Assembly (NCBI GenBank): GCA_963744995.1
Contig: CAVUWA010000002.1
Location: 288,001 to 352,000 of the forward strand
Reading direction: 5' to 3'
From: Candidatus Eiseniibacteriota bacterium
GTDB lineage: Bacteria; Eisenbacteria; RBG-16-71-46
Length of the DNA stretch: 64,000 nt
Under the pieces are notes generated by a model. That model ran no database searches and was not told where the DNA came from. It saw nothing but the letters and a program-made list of their open reading frames with translations. The first letter of the stretch is position 1. Every line of letters begins with the position of its first letter. This document shows positions 1 through 8,869 of this stretch, one piece after another. Made by a program: the position numbers and the translations under genes.

Positions 1-414
1 ACCGATGCGAACATCTACGCCGCGGGTGACGTCGCGGAGTTCCCGTGCCTGCCGCTCGGCCAGCGCATGCGGATCGAGCACTGGGATCACGCCAAGGCGC
101 ACGGGCGCGCTGCCGGCGAGAACATGGCGGGCGCGAGCGCCGCATACGAGCACCTGCCGATGTTCTGGTCGGATTTCTTCGACCTCGGTTGGGAAGCGGT
201 CGGCGAACTGGACCCGAGCCTGGACGTCGATGCGGTGTGGACGAAAGAGCTCGAGGAGGGCGTCCTGTTTTACACGCGCGAGGACGTCGTGCGCGGAATG
301 CTCATGTGGAACTCGTGGGACAAGGTCGAGTGGGCGCGCGGGCTCATTCGCGAGGCGAAGCCGATGACGCACGAGGAGCGGGTGGCATCGATCCCGGCGG
401 AGGAAGGTGACTAG
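1..414 (+). CDS. FAD-dependent pyridine nucleotide-disulfide oxidoreductase (ferredoxin reductase/AIF-like), 5'-truncated by window edge
   Basis: Frame 1 is open from base 1: TDANIYAAGDVA (FAD-binding GD motif) ... RIEHWDHA ... LPMFWSD, typical of the ONFR/MDHAR-type reductase C-terminus. Confidence 0.85.
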   Translation, partial: TDANIYAAGDVAEFPCLPLGQRMRIEHWDHAKAHGRAAGENMAGASAAYEHLPMFWSDFFDLGWEAVGELDPSLDVDAVWTKELEEGVLFYTREDVVRGMLMWNSWDKVEWARGLIREAKPMTHEERVASIPAEEGD

Positions 415-692
415 GCGCTCTCACCCCCTTCCGTCGCCAGTCCGCACGCGCATCCGGCGATGCCGGCCCGCACATCGATATCGCGCCGGTCGAGGGAGGC
501 GAGGCGCCTCCGAATCCCATCGTGCATGCCGCTCGCGATGCTCGCGTGGGTGGCTCGTTTCGACTGGCGCACCGTTCCCGTGAACGGGCAGTCGTGCGCA
601 AGACCGAGGCACTCCCGGCAGCCGGGGCACAGACGAAACTGCCGCCCCCGGTATCGGAACGGCAGTCTCGTGCGTACGGGCTGTGCGGCAGC

Positions 693-890
693 CTAGTGCC
701 TGATGGCCACGACCTCGGCCATTTCGGCCGGCGCGGTCGCGGCGCCGCTCTTGAGCGCGGTCATGATCTGCTCGACGAGCGGGGCCGGAAGGGTCTTGCT
801 GAAGTACTCGGTCATGAACTCGACCGTGGACTTCGACTGCTCCGGGGTGAGGTGCGCGCGCTGGCCGAGCTGCTGAATGAAGTGTTCCAT
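693..890 (-). CDS. Small 65-aa helical hypothetical protein (DUF2267-like)
   Basis: ATG at 890 preceded by AGGAGG SD; sequence MEHFIQQLGQRAHLTPEQSKSTVEFMTEYFSKTLP; high GC3 codon usage. Confidence 0.7.
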   Translation of the reverse strand: MEHFIQQLGQRAHLTPEQSKSTVEFMTEYFSKTLPAPLVEQIMTALKSGAATAPAEMAEVVAIRH

Positions 891-1297
891 GTGAGCCTCC
901 TGATGACTTGCGAACTCCCGTCGACGCAGCCAGGCGGACTCGTTGTCGGCATAGAGGGCGGAGAAAGGCAGAACGCATGAATTGCAGTGCGAGGAGTTCG
1001 GGATGCCCGCAGCCAACCGGTCCGGGCGTCTTACTCACGAGCACCGCGAGAACGGATCATGCACGATCCCGGGTCGAGGAATGCCCTGTCCGCGTCAATC
1101 TTGCCCTCGTGCCCTCCGGGCCGTCGCGTGGGGCTCGAATCGCAGACGGGCTCGAACCCGATCCGCCGGCGGTGTGGGGGCGCGTGACGCAGCGGCGGTT
1201 GAGGCCTGGCGCCTGACCGGCACGCCGACCATGTGGGTGCAGTCGAGCCCTGCTCCCCGGCGGGCAGGCATGATCGGCCTGCGAACGGGCCGCAGAC

Positions 1298-2221
1298 CTA
1301 CGTCACGTCGCGCTTGTCCTGCGGGTCCAGCGCATCACGCAGGCCGTCGCCGAGGAAGTTGAAGCACATCAGCGTGACCGAGAGCGCGAGGCCCGGGAAG
1401 ATCACCAGCCACGGGAACAGCGCCAGCAGCTTGGCGCCGTCGGCGACCAGCGTTCCCCACGAGGCGGCCGGCGGCTGCACGCCGAGCCCGAGGAACGAGA
1501 GGAAGGCTTCCTGCAGGATGATCGCCGGCACGGTGAGCGTGGTGTAGACGATCACCGGGCCGAGCGTATTGGGCACGATGTGCCGGAAGATGATCGCGAG
1601 GTCGCTGGCGCCGAGCGCGCGCGCCGCCTCGACGAAGTTCTGCGACTTGATCGACAGCACCTGGCCGCGGACGATGCGCGCCATCGTCAGCCACTGCACG
1701 AGCCCGAGCGCGATGAACAGCATGAGCAGGCTGCGGCTGAAGAACACCAGCAGCAGGATCACCAGGAAGATGTACGGCAACGAGTACAACACGTCGACGA
1801 ACCGCATCAGGAGCTCGTCCGTCCGTCCGCCGACGTAGCCGGACAGCGCGCCGTAGCTCACCCCGATGACCAGGCTGACGAGCGTCGCGACCACCCCGAC
1901 CAGCAGCGAGATCCGGCCGCCGTAGATCACGCGCGCGAGCGTGTCACGGCCGAGTTCGTCGGTACCGAACCAGTGCAGCAGCGAGGGCGGCGAGGCGCCG
2001 AGCGCCAGATTCTGGGCGGCCGGATCCGCGAGCCCCGGCAGCCACGGCGCCGTGATCGCCAGCAGCGAGATGATCGCCAGCACCACCGCCGACAGCACCG
2101 CGGCGCGGTTCTTCCGCACCCGCCGGATCGCGTCGCTCCACAGGCTCTCCGGGCGGCGGCCGGAGAGGGCGGGCTCGGCGTCGGGAGTGAGCGGCAAGGC
2201 CGGGAGCGAGCCCGCGCTCAC
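1298..2221 (-). CDS. oppC: Oligopeptide ABC transporter permease, OppC type
   Basis: HWFGTDELGRD, ARIVRGQVLS..FVEAARALGA (EAA loop), FNFLGDGLRDALDP; GTG start overlaps the oppB stop (GTGA). Confidence 0.93.
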   Translation of the reverse strand: MSAGSLPALPLTPDAEPALSGRRPESLWSDAIRRVRKNRAAVLSAVVLAIISLLAITAPWLPGLADPAAQNLALGASPPSLLHWFGTDELGRDTLARVIYGGRISLLVGVVATLVSLVIGVSYGALSGYVGGRTDELLMRFVDVLYSLPYIFLVILLLVFFSRSLLMLFIALGLVQWLTMARIVRGQVLSIKSQNFVEAARALGASDLAIIFRHIVPNTLGPVIVYTTLTVPAIILQEAFLSFLGLGVQPPAASWGTLVADGAKLLALFPWLVIFPGLALSVTLMCFNFLGDGLRDALDPQDKRDVT

Positions 2222-3141
2222 GCCAGCTCCACGCGCGGATCGATCCACGTGTAGGCGACGTCCACCAGCAGGTTCAGGAGCAGCAGGAACAGCGCGTAGA
2301 AGATGATGATGCCCATGACCACCGTGTAGTCGCGGTTGAACGCGCCCTGCACGAGATGGGTGCCGAGCCCGGGGATGGCGAAGATGCTCTCGATGACGAT
2401 CGAGCCGGTGACGACGCGCGCCGCCGCCGGACCGAGGAACGACACCACCGGCAGGATGCCGAGCTTCAGGGCGTGCTTCACCACCACGACGCGGTTCGGC
2501 AGGCCCTTGGCGTAGGCGGTGCGGATGAAGTCCTGGCGCAGCACCTCGAGCATGCCGGCGCGGGTGAGCCGCGCGATGTAGGCGAGGTAGATGCCCGACA
2601 GCGTGAGCACGGGAAGAATGCGGCTCTCGGGGCCCTGCCACAGCGCGGGCGGCAGCCAGTAGAGGGTCAGCGAGAACAACAGCACCAGCAACGGACCGAG
2701 CACGAAGTTCGGCACCGAGACGCCGATCAGCGCGGCGGCCATCGAGACGTGATCCCATGCGCCGTTCTGTTTGAGCGCCGCGACGACGCCGATCGGCACG
2801 CCGATCACGATCGCCACCAGCAGCGCCCAGGCCCCGAGCTCGAGCGACACGGGAAAGGCCTCGGCGATGATCTCGCTCACCTGCTTCTGCGAGAAGCGGT
2901 AGGAGGGACCGAAGTCGAGCCGCACCGCGTTCGACAGGAAGCGGCCGTACTGGACGAGCAGCGGCTGGTCGAGCCCGTACTTCTTCTCGAGCTGCGCGCG
3001 CGCGGTCTCCGGAATCTCGCGCTCGGCGAGGAACGGGCCGCCCGGCGCGAGCCGCATCATGAAGAACGTCAGCGTGCCGATCACCCACAGCGTCGGGATC
3101 ATGAGCAGCAGCCGGCGGGTGATGATCGCCCAGAGGCTCAA
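2218..3141 (-). CDS. oppB: Oligopeptide ABC transporter permease, OppB type
   Basis: LAPGGPF, YGLDQPLLVQY, DFIRTAYAKGL, NRDYTVVMG, DPRV; TTG start overlaps the oppA stop. Confidence 0.93.
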   Translation of the reverse strand: MSLWAIITRRLLLMIPTLWVIGTLTFFMMRLAPGGPFLAEREIPETARAQLEKKYGLDQPLLVQYGRFLSNAVRLDFGPSYRFSQKQVSEIIAEAFPVSLELGAWALLVAIVIGVPIGVVAALKQNGAWDHVSMAAALIGVSVPNFVLGPLLVLLFSLTLYWLPPALWQGPESRILPVLTLSGIYLAYIARLTRAGMLEVLRQDFIRTAYAKGLPNRVVVVKHALKLGILPVVSFLGPAAARVVTGSIVIESIFAIPGLGTHLVQGAFNRDYTVVMGIIIFYALFLLLLNLLVDVAYTWIDPRVELA

Positions 3142-4847
3142 TGCGCGCTCCGGCCGGCGCCCGCGGCCATCGAGACCCGCGCCGTATCGCCCGCCGCGTC
3201 GCCGGCTACGGCCGGGACGCGCTCGCGCCAGGCGTGATCGATCCACACGTGCTGCAGCGGGTGCGTGTCGAGCGCGGTGCGGTAGAGCCCGCGCACGTAG
3301 GGCTTCAGCAGCTCGTTGGTCGAGTAGTGATAGATCGGCAGCACGACCGAAGAGGACAGCAGCAGCGCTTCGGCATCGCGCATCTCCGTGAAGCGCTTCT
3401 TCGGATCGAGCTCGGCGGACGCGCGCCTGAGCAGTGCGTCGTAGCGTGGATCGCTCCAGCCGGTCCGGTTGTTGCCGTCGCCGGTCATGAAGATGGCAAG
3501 GAACGTATTGGGGTCGAGGTAATCGCCGATCCACGAGCGGCGCGCCACGTCGTAGTCGAGTGACGTCTGCGCCGCCAGGTAGGAGCCCCACTCCTTGTTC
3601 TCGAGCTCGACGTTGATCCCCAGCTCGCGCTTCCACATCGCCTGGATCGCCTCGGCGATCCGGCGATGATCCTCGCTGGTGTTGAAGAGGATGCCGATCT
3701 TGCGCATGCCCTGGCCGCCGGGAAAGCCGGCCCGCGCCAGACACTCGCGCGCGTAGTCGGGGTCGAACTGAATCGGATCCGGCGGCACGTAACCGGGATA
3801 GCCGGACGGCGCGAACAGACCCCAGGGATCGCGGCTCTTCTTGAGCAGCTCGTCGGTGATCGCCCTGCGGTCGATCGCGTAGTTGAGCGCGCGCCGCACC
3901 CACACGTTGTCGAGCGGCGGCCGGGTGACGTTCACCGAGTAGAAGTAGGTGCCCTGATAGCGTCCCTGCCGATAGTCGTCGAACTGGCGCATGTAGGGAA
4001 TGAACTGCGACGGAATGTAGCCGCTCGGGTTCCAGTCGATCACGCCGGCCTTGTAGAGGTTGGTGGACGTGTTCAGGACCTCGACCGAGTAGGCGATGAC
4101 CTTCTGGAGCCGCACCGAGTCGGCGTTCCAGTAGCCGGGATTCTTCACGAACGTGAAGTGATCACGCTGCCGCCATTCGGTGAGCAGAAACGGCCCGTTG
4201 CCGACGACGTGCTCCGGCTGCGTCCAGCGGTCGCCCCACTTTTCGATCACGTGCCTGGGCACCGGCAGGTACGTGTAGAACTGGGTGAGAAACAGGAAGT
4301 ACGAGGTCGGCGATTCGAGGGTGACCACGAAGGTGCTGTCGTCGGGCGCCGCGAGGCCCAGGGCGCTCGTATCGGCCTCGCTCCTGTTGAAGGCCTCGGC
4401 GCCCCGGATGGGATAGAGGATGCCTGCGTACTTCGCGGCCGTCGCGGGATCGAGGACGCGGCGCCACGACCAGAGGAAGTCGCGTGCGCCGAGCGGGGTG
4501 CCGTCGCTCCAGTGGAGGCCGGGGCGGAGGTGAAACGTGTAGGTGAGGCCGTCCGCGCTCACCTCCCAGCGGCAGGCGGCGCCGGGGCGCGGGTCCAGCG
4601 TCTCGGGGTCGGGCGTGGTCAGGCCCTCGAAGATCATGCGCGCCACGCGACCGTCGGGCTGGCCGCTCATGAGTCCGGGATCGGTGCTCTGCGGTTCGGG
4701 GCCGTTGTTGAACCGGAGCACCTGGCCCGCGGGCGGCTTCACGCTGCCGAAGTAGTGGGACGAGGAAGCGGGCCGGACGTCGCCACCGCCGGCGCAGCCC
4801 CACACGAACAGCGCGGCCAGCGCGGTACTCCACAGGGCGGGTTTCAT
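3138..4847 (-). CDS. oppA: Peptide ABC transporter substrate-binding lipoprotein (SBP family 5)
   Basis: Lipobox-like VWGC, EPQSTDPG, IFEGL, WEVSADGLTYTFHLR, GNGPF, WIGDYLDP. Confidence 0.92.
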   Translation of the reverse strand: MKPALWSTALAALFVWGCAGGGDVRPASSSHYFGSVKPPAGQVLRFNNGPEPQSTDPGLMSGQPDGRVARMIFEGLTTPDPETLDPRPGAACRWEVSADGLTYTFHLRPGLHWSDGTPLGARDFLWSWRRVLDPATAAKYAGILYPIRGAEAFNRSEADTSALGLAAPDDSTFVVTLESPTSYFLFLTQFYTYLPVPRHVIEKWGDRWTQPEHVVGNGPFLLTEWRQRDHFTFVKNPGYWNADSVRLQKVIAYSVEVLNTSTNLYKAGVIDWNPSGYIPSQFIPYMRQFDDYRQGRYQGTYFYSVNVTRPPLDNVWVRRALNYAIDRRAITDELLKKSRDPWGLFAPSGYPGYVPPDPIQFDPDYARECLARAGFPGGQGMRKIGILFNTSEDHRRIAEAIQAMWKRELGINVELENKEWGSYLAAQTSLDYDVARRSWIGDYLDPNTFLAIFMTGDGNNRTGWSDPRYDALLRRASAELDPKKRFTEMRDAEALLLSSSVVLPIYHYSTNELLKPYVRGLYRTALDTHPLQHVWIDHAWRERVPAVAGDAAGDTARVSMAAGAGRSAH

Positions 4848-4856
4848 GGGTGGCGC

Positions 4857-4865
4857 AGTATAGCA
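4857..4865 (-). promoter_or_regulatory. Extended -10 element (TG-C-TATACT), 9 nt upstream of the oppA ATG
   Basis: Minus strand reads TGCTATACT-gcgccaccc-ATG; no SD is present. Confidence 0.5.
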
Positions 4866-5046
4866 GCCGGGTTCCGGGGCGCGCGCCGGGGGCATTTGGC
4901 GCAGGCACCATGGCCGTTCGGGTGTAAGGAAGCGGCGACACTTTCTCGCGTGCGCCGGCGCGCGTGCGGGCCGCGCCGGCGCCGCGTTCGCATACAGCCG
5001 GTTGGAGCCCAACGCACTGCGCGTTCGGCCGGGGCGCTGCGCGCGA

Positions 5047-5063
5047 CTGGCAGGCCTCTTGCG
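5047..5063 (+). promoter_or_regulatory. Putative sigma-54 (-24/-12) promoter
   Basis: CTGGCAGGCCTCTTGCG matches YTGGCACGNNNNTTGCW with exact GG-N10-GC spacing; lies upstream of the small Zn-finger gene and allB. Confidence 0.55.
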
Positions 5064-5140
5064 CAATGAAAGGGGGAGAGACGGTCTGAACGCGCGTGGC
5101 CACGGCATCGCGCGAAATCCCCCCAATGTCTGGAGTCCAT

Positions 5141-5362
5141 GTGAGCGGCAGCGCGCCCTACATCCAGTGCGGCCTCTGCGGTCACCGGCATCCCGCCGGT
5201 CGCGCGCGCGCGCGTGGCTACATCGACTGCTCCTGCGGTCTCAGGCTCGCGGCGCCGTCCGGTGCCCGAATCCGCCACCGGCTGGCCGGCGTGCTCATCG
5301 GCGTCGGCATCGCTGCCGCCGTCAGCGGTGTGGCCTATCTCTGGGCGCGCGGTCTGGGCTGA
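5141..5362 (+). CDS. Small zinc-ribbon protein with C-terminal transmembrane helix
   Basis: CGLC...CSC motif followed by hydrophobic LAGVLIGVGIAAAVSGVAYLW; GGAG precedes the GTG at 5141 (alternative ATG at 5126). Confidence 0.55.
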   Translation: MSGSAPYIQCGLCGHRHPAGRARARGYIDCSCGLRLAAPSGARIRHRLAGVLIGVGIAAAVSGVAYLWARGLG

Positions 5363-5511
5363 CTCGGAACCGGGGCCAGCCCCCGGCGCCTCCGACAGAG
5401 TCGCCCTGCCGCGCGTCCGTTGTCCGACGCGCGGCCGCTCCCGCCGGCCTCCCGCGCGGGGTCCGGGGACGGCACACGCGCGACGCGCCGCCCGGCTATG
5501 ATCGCCGCTCC

Positions 5512-6843
5512 ATGGATCCCGAACCCGTTCGCCTGCACGCGCGCCGCGTGGTGACCCCCGGCGGGGTGATCGACGCCGTCGTCGAGACCGCCGGCGGCCG
5601 CATCCTTTCGGTGACGCCCGCCGGCGCCGCCGCCCCCGGCGCGCGCGATCTCGGCAATCTGGTGCTCATGCCCGGCGTGGTGGACACGCACGTGCACGTG
5701 AACGCGCCGGGCCGCGAGGCATGGGAGGGCTGGCGCACGGCGTCGCGCGCCGCCGCGGCCGGCGGCGTGACGACGATCGTGGACATGCCGCTCAACTCGA
5801 TTCCCGCGACCCTCGACGCCGCCGCGCTCGATGCGAAGCGCGCGTGTGCCGCACGGGAGTCCATCGTGGACTTCGGCTTCTGGGGTGGCGTCGTGCCGGG
5901 CAATACCGTTGCGCTCGAAGGGCTGGCCGCCGCAGGCGCCCTGGGCTTCAAGTGCTTTCTCGTGGATTCGGGTGTGCCGGAGTTTCCCGCCGTGATCCAG
6001 GCCGATCTCGACCTCGCCATGCCGGTGGTCGCGAAGCTCGACCTGCCGCTGCTGGTGCATGCCGAGTGGCCGGCGACGCTCGCCGCCCATGCCGCGCACC
6101 TGGCGACGGGCGAGCCGCGCCGCCACGCGACGTGGCTCGCGAGCCGGCCGCCCGAGGCGGAGCTGGACGCGATCCGCGCGATGCTCCGGCTCTGCGAACG
6201 GCACGGCACGCGCGTTCACGTCGTCCACCTGGCGAGCGCGGCCGCGCTCGACGACCTGCGCGCGGCGCGCGCGCGCGGCCTGCCGGTCACGGTCGAGACG
6301 TGTCCGCACTATCTGACCTTCGACGCCGCATCGATTCCCGACGGCGCGACCGAGTTCAAGTGCGCGCCGCCGATCCGCGACGCGGCCAACCGCGAGGCGC
6401 TGTGGCGCGCGCTCGTGGCAGGCGACGTCGACATGGTGGCGTCGGATCATTCTCCGTGTCCGCCGGCGCTCAAGCGCCGCGAGAGCGGAGACTTCGCCGG
6501 CGCCTGGGGTGGCATCGCGTCGCTCGAGCTGTCGCTCGCCGCGGTGTGGACCGGCGCGCGCGCGCACGGCGCGAACCTGGCGGACCTTGCGCGCTGGATG
6601 TGCGAACGCCCGGCGACGCTCGCCGGACTGGGCGCCGCGAAGGGCATGATCGCCCCCGGCTTCGACGCGGATCTGGTCGCGTGGGATCCCGACGCGGCAT
6701 GGACCGTGGACCCGGTGCGGCTCGAGCAGCGTCATCCGGTGACCCCGTACGCGGGCTGCAGGCTCCACGGGCAGGTGATCGAAACCTGGGTGCGCGGCAC
6801 GCCGGCCGGCGCCACCGCCGGCCTCGAGGTCGCCCGCGCCTGA
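5512..6843 (+). CDS. allB: Allantoinase (cyclic amidohydrolase)
   Basis: PGVVDTHVHVNAPGR..WEG, AAAGGVTTIVDMPLNSIP, GFKCFL, VETCPHYL, FKCAPPIR, SDHSPCP, AWGGIASL; purine-catabolism neighbours. Confidence 0.92.
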   Translation: MDPEPVRLHARRVVTPGGVIDAVVETAGGRILSVTPAGAAAPGARDLGNLVLMPGVVDTHVHVNAPGREAWEGWRTASRAAAAGGVTTIVDMPLNSIPATLDAAALDAKRACAARESIVDFGFWGGVVPGNTVALEGLAAAGALGFKCFLVDSGVPEFPAVIQADLDLAMPVVAKLDLPLLVHAEWPATLAAHAAHLATGEPRRHATWLASRPPEAELDAIRAMLRLCERHGTRVHVVHLASAAALDDLRAARARGLPVTVETCPHYLTFDAASIPDGATEFKCAPPIRDAANREALWRALVAGDVDMVASDHSPCPPALKRRESGDFAGAWGGIASLELSLAAVWTGARAHGANLADLARWMCERPATLAGLGAAKGMIAPGFDADLVAWDPDAAWTVDPVRLEQRHPVTPYAGCRLHGQVIETWVRGTPAGATAGLEVARA

Positions 6844-6951
6844 CGCCCGGCCCGCCAATGCGGGCTTTCCCCGCGGCAGCGCCAGGTCCTAGAATTGAGC
6901 TCCGCCCCTCTGCGCCGAGACGCGGCGCGCGGTTCACCCCTCGGGAACCCG

Positions 6952-8820
6952 ATGAAGCCGGTCCTCCTCTTCCATCTCGCCGAAGATGAAGCTGCCGCAC
7001 GCGCGTTCGCGGCGGCGGCGGGCGGCGTCGCGTCACCCCCCGTCCAGGCATGCCGGGTCGATTCGCTCGACGCGCTGCTCGAAGCCCTCGCTGATGAACG
7101 TGCCGCATGCGCGTTCGTCGCCGCCGGGCGTCTCTGCGCGGATCCCGGCGAGGCGGCGCGCCGGATCGTGACCGCCGCGCGCGGCCGGCCGGTGATCGTA
7201 TGCGGCGCGCCGCGCGACGCCGACGTCGAACACGCCCTGTGCGAGGCGGGGGTGCACGAGCGCCTGACGTCTCCCTTGCCCGACGCCGTGGCGATCGCGC
7301 GGGCGGCCCGCTACGGGGCTCTGTTCATGGCCGTGTTCGAGCACCTCGGCGCGGATGCAGCGCGCTACCGGGACTTCTTCATCAACGACCTCACCGCCGA
7401 CTACGTCACGACGCCGGAAGGCCGCATCATCGACTGCAATCCGGAATTCGTGCGCATGTTCGGTTTCGAGTCGCGCGAGCAGGTCCTGCGCACCCGCCCG
7501 GAGGCCATGTATCCGAATCCGGCGGCGCGCGTGGCGCTGATGGACCGGCTGCGCGCGGAAGGCCGGCTGGAGCGCATGGAGCTGGAGCTGCGCCGGGTGG
7601 ACGGCACGCCGATCCACGCCATCGAGAACATGGTCGGCCAGTTCGACGCCCACGGCACGCTGATCGGCGTCTATGGCTACCTGTTCGACATCACCGAGCG
7701 CGTAGGCCTGGAACGGCGCCTCGCGCAGGCGCACAAGATGGAGGCCATCGGCCGGCTCGCCGGCGGCGTCGCGCACGACTTCAACAATCTGCTCACCGTG
7801 ATCCTCGGTCAGTCGCAAAGCCTGGCCGCGGACGAGGGCCTGTCGCCCGCCCTGGCGGCCGGACTCGCCGACATCACCGCTGCCGCGGAGCGCGCCGCCG
7901 CGCTCACCCGGCAGCTGCTTGCGTTCAGTCGCGGGCAGGTGCTGGAGAGGGAGGTACTCGACCTCAATACGCTGATCCGCGGTGCCGCCGGCGTGCTCGA
8001 GCGGCTGCTGCCCGCCGGCGTGCGACTCGACATCGGCTGCGGGGAAGGGCTGTGGCCGATCGAAGCGAATCCGGGGCAGATCGAGCAGGTGCTGTGGAAT
8101 CTGGTGGTGAACGCGCGCGATGCCATGCCCGACGGCGGCACGATCACGATCCGGACCTGCAACGTCGAGTCCGCGGCCGGCAACGCGGTGCGGCTGCGGG
8201 TGAGCGACACCGGCATCGGCATCAGCAGGAGCGACGCGTCGCGGGTCTTCGATCCGTTCTTCACCACCAAGGAAACGGGCAAGGGCACCGGGCTCGGCCT
8301 GTCCATGGTCTATTCGATCGTGCAGCAGGCGGGCGGCCGGATCACGCTGGCATCGGACGATGGGCCCGGCGCGGCGTTCGAGATCGATCTGCCCCGCAGT
8401 CAGGGGCGTCTCCGCCCGCGCGCGCCGGAGGCGCGGGGCGCCGAGCGCCGGCGCGGGCGCGGCCGCAAGGTCATGGTGGTGGACGACGAGCCCGCGGTGC
8501 GCCGACTGGTCGCGGAGATGCTCACGCGCGCGGGCTACGAAGTGGTCGTGGCCGCCTCGGGTCAAGAGGCGCTGGACTGTCTCGCCAGGCATGCAGACGT
8601 CGCCCTGCTGATCACCGACGTTGCGATGCAGGGGATCGACGGGCTGGATCTCGCACGCCGTGCCCGCGACACGCGCCCGGACCTCGCCGTGCTCTACATG
8701 ACCGGCTACGGCGAGGGCGCCGTGGTCGCGACCGGGGAGCAGCGCACGGAGATGATCCTCAAGCCGTTCGGGATCGAGGCCCTCGACCGCAAGATCGACG
8801 CCGCGCTCGCCACCGGATGA
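6952..8820 (+). CDS. Hybrid sensor histidine kinase (degenerate REC-PAS-HisKA-HATPase-REC, CckA-like)
   Basis: GRLAGGVAHDFNNLL H-box, NLVVNARDAM N-box, FDPFFTTK..GKGTGLGL, C-terminal VVDDE...TDVAM...KPF receiver. Confidence 0.93.
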   Translation: MKPVLLFHLAEDEAAARAFAAAAGGVASPPVQACRVDSLDALLEALADERAACAFVAAGRLCADPGEAARRIVTAARGRPVIVCGAPRDADVEHALCEAGVHERLTSPLPDAVAIARAARYGALFMAVFEHLGADAARYRDFFINDLTADYVTTPEGRIIDCNPEFVRMFGFESREQVLRTRPEAMYPNPAARVALMDRLRAEGRLERMELELRRVDGTPIHAIENMVGQFDAHGTLIGVYGYLFDITERVGLERRLAQAHKMEAIGRLAGGVAHDFNNLLTVILGQSQSLAADEGLSPALAAGLADITAAAERAAALTRQLLAFSRGQVLEREVLDLNTLIRGAAGVLERLLPAGVRLDIGCGEGLWPIEANPGQIEQVLWNLVVNARDAMPDGGTITIRTCNVESAAGNAVRLRVSDTGIGISRSDASRVFDPFFTTKETGKGTGLGLSMVYSIVQQAGGRITLASDDGPGAAFEIDLPRSQGRLRPRAPEARGAERRRGRGRKVMVVDDEPAVRRLVAEMLTRAGYEVVVAASGQEALDCLARHADVALLITDVAMQGIDGLDLARRARDTRPDLAVLYMTGYGEGAVVATGEQRTEMILKPFGIEALDRKIDAALATG

Positions 8821-8869
8821 TGGGCTATCATCGGCGGTCCACCCACGACTGCATCCGGAGTACGACCTC

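Noticed and set aside
1148..1159. GGGTTCGAGCCC on the minus strand, resembling a tRNA T-arm
   Set aside because: No acceptor stem, D-arm or anticodon arm could be built around it.
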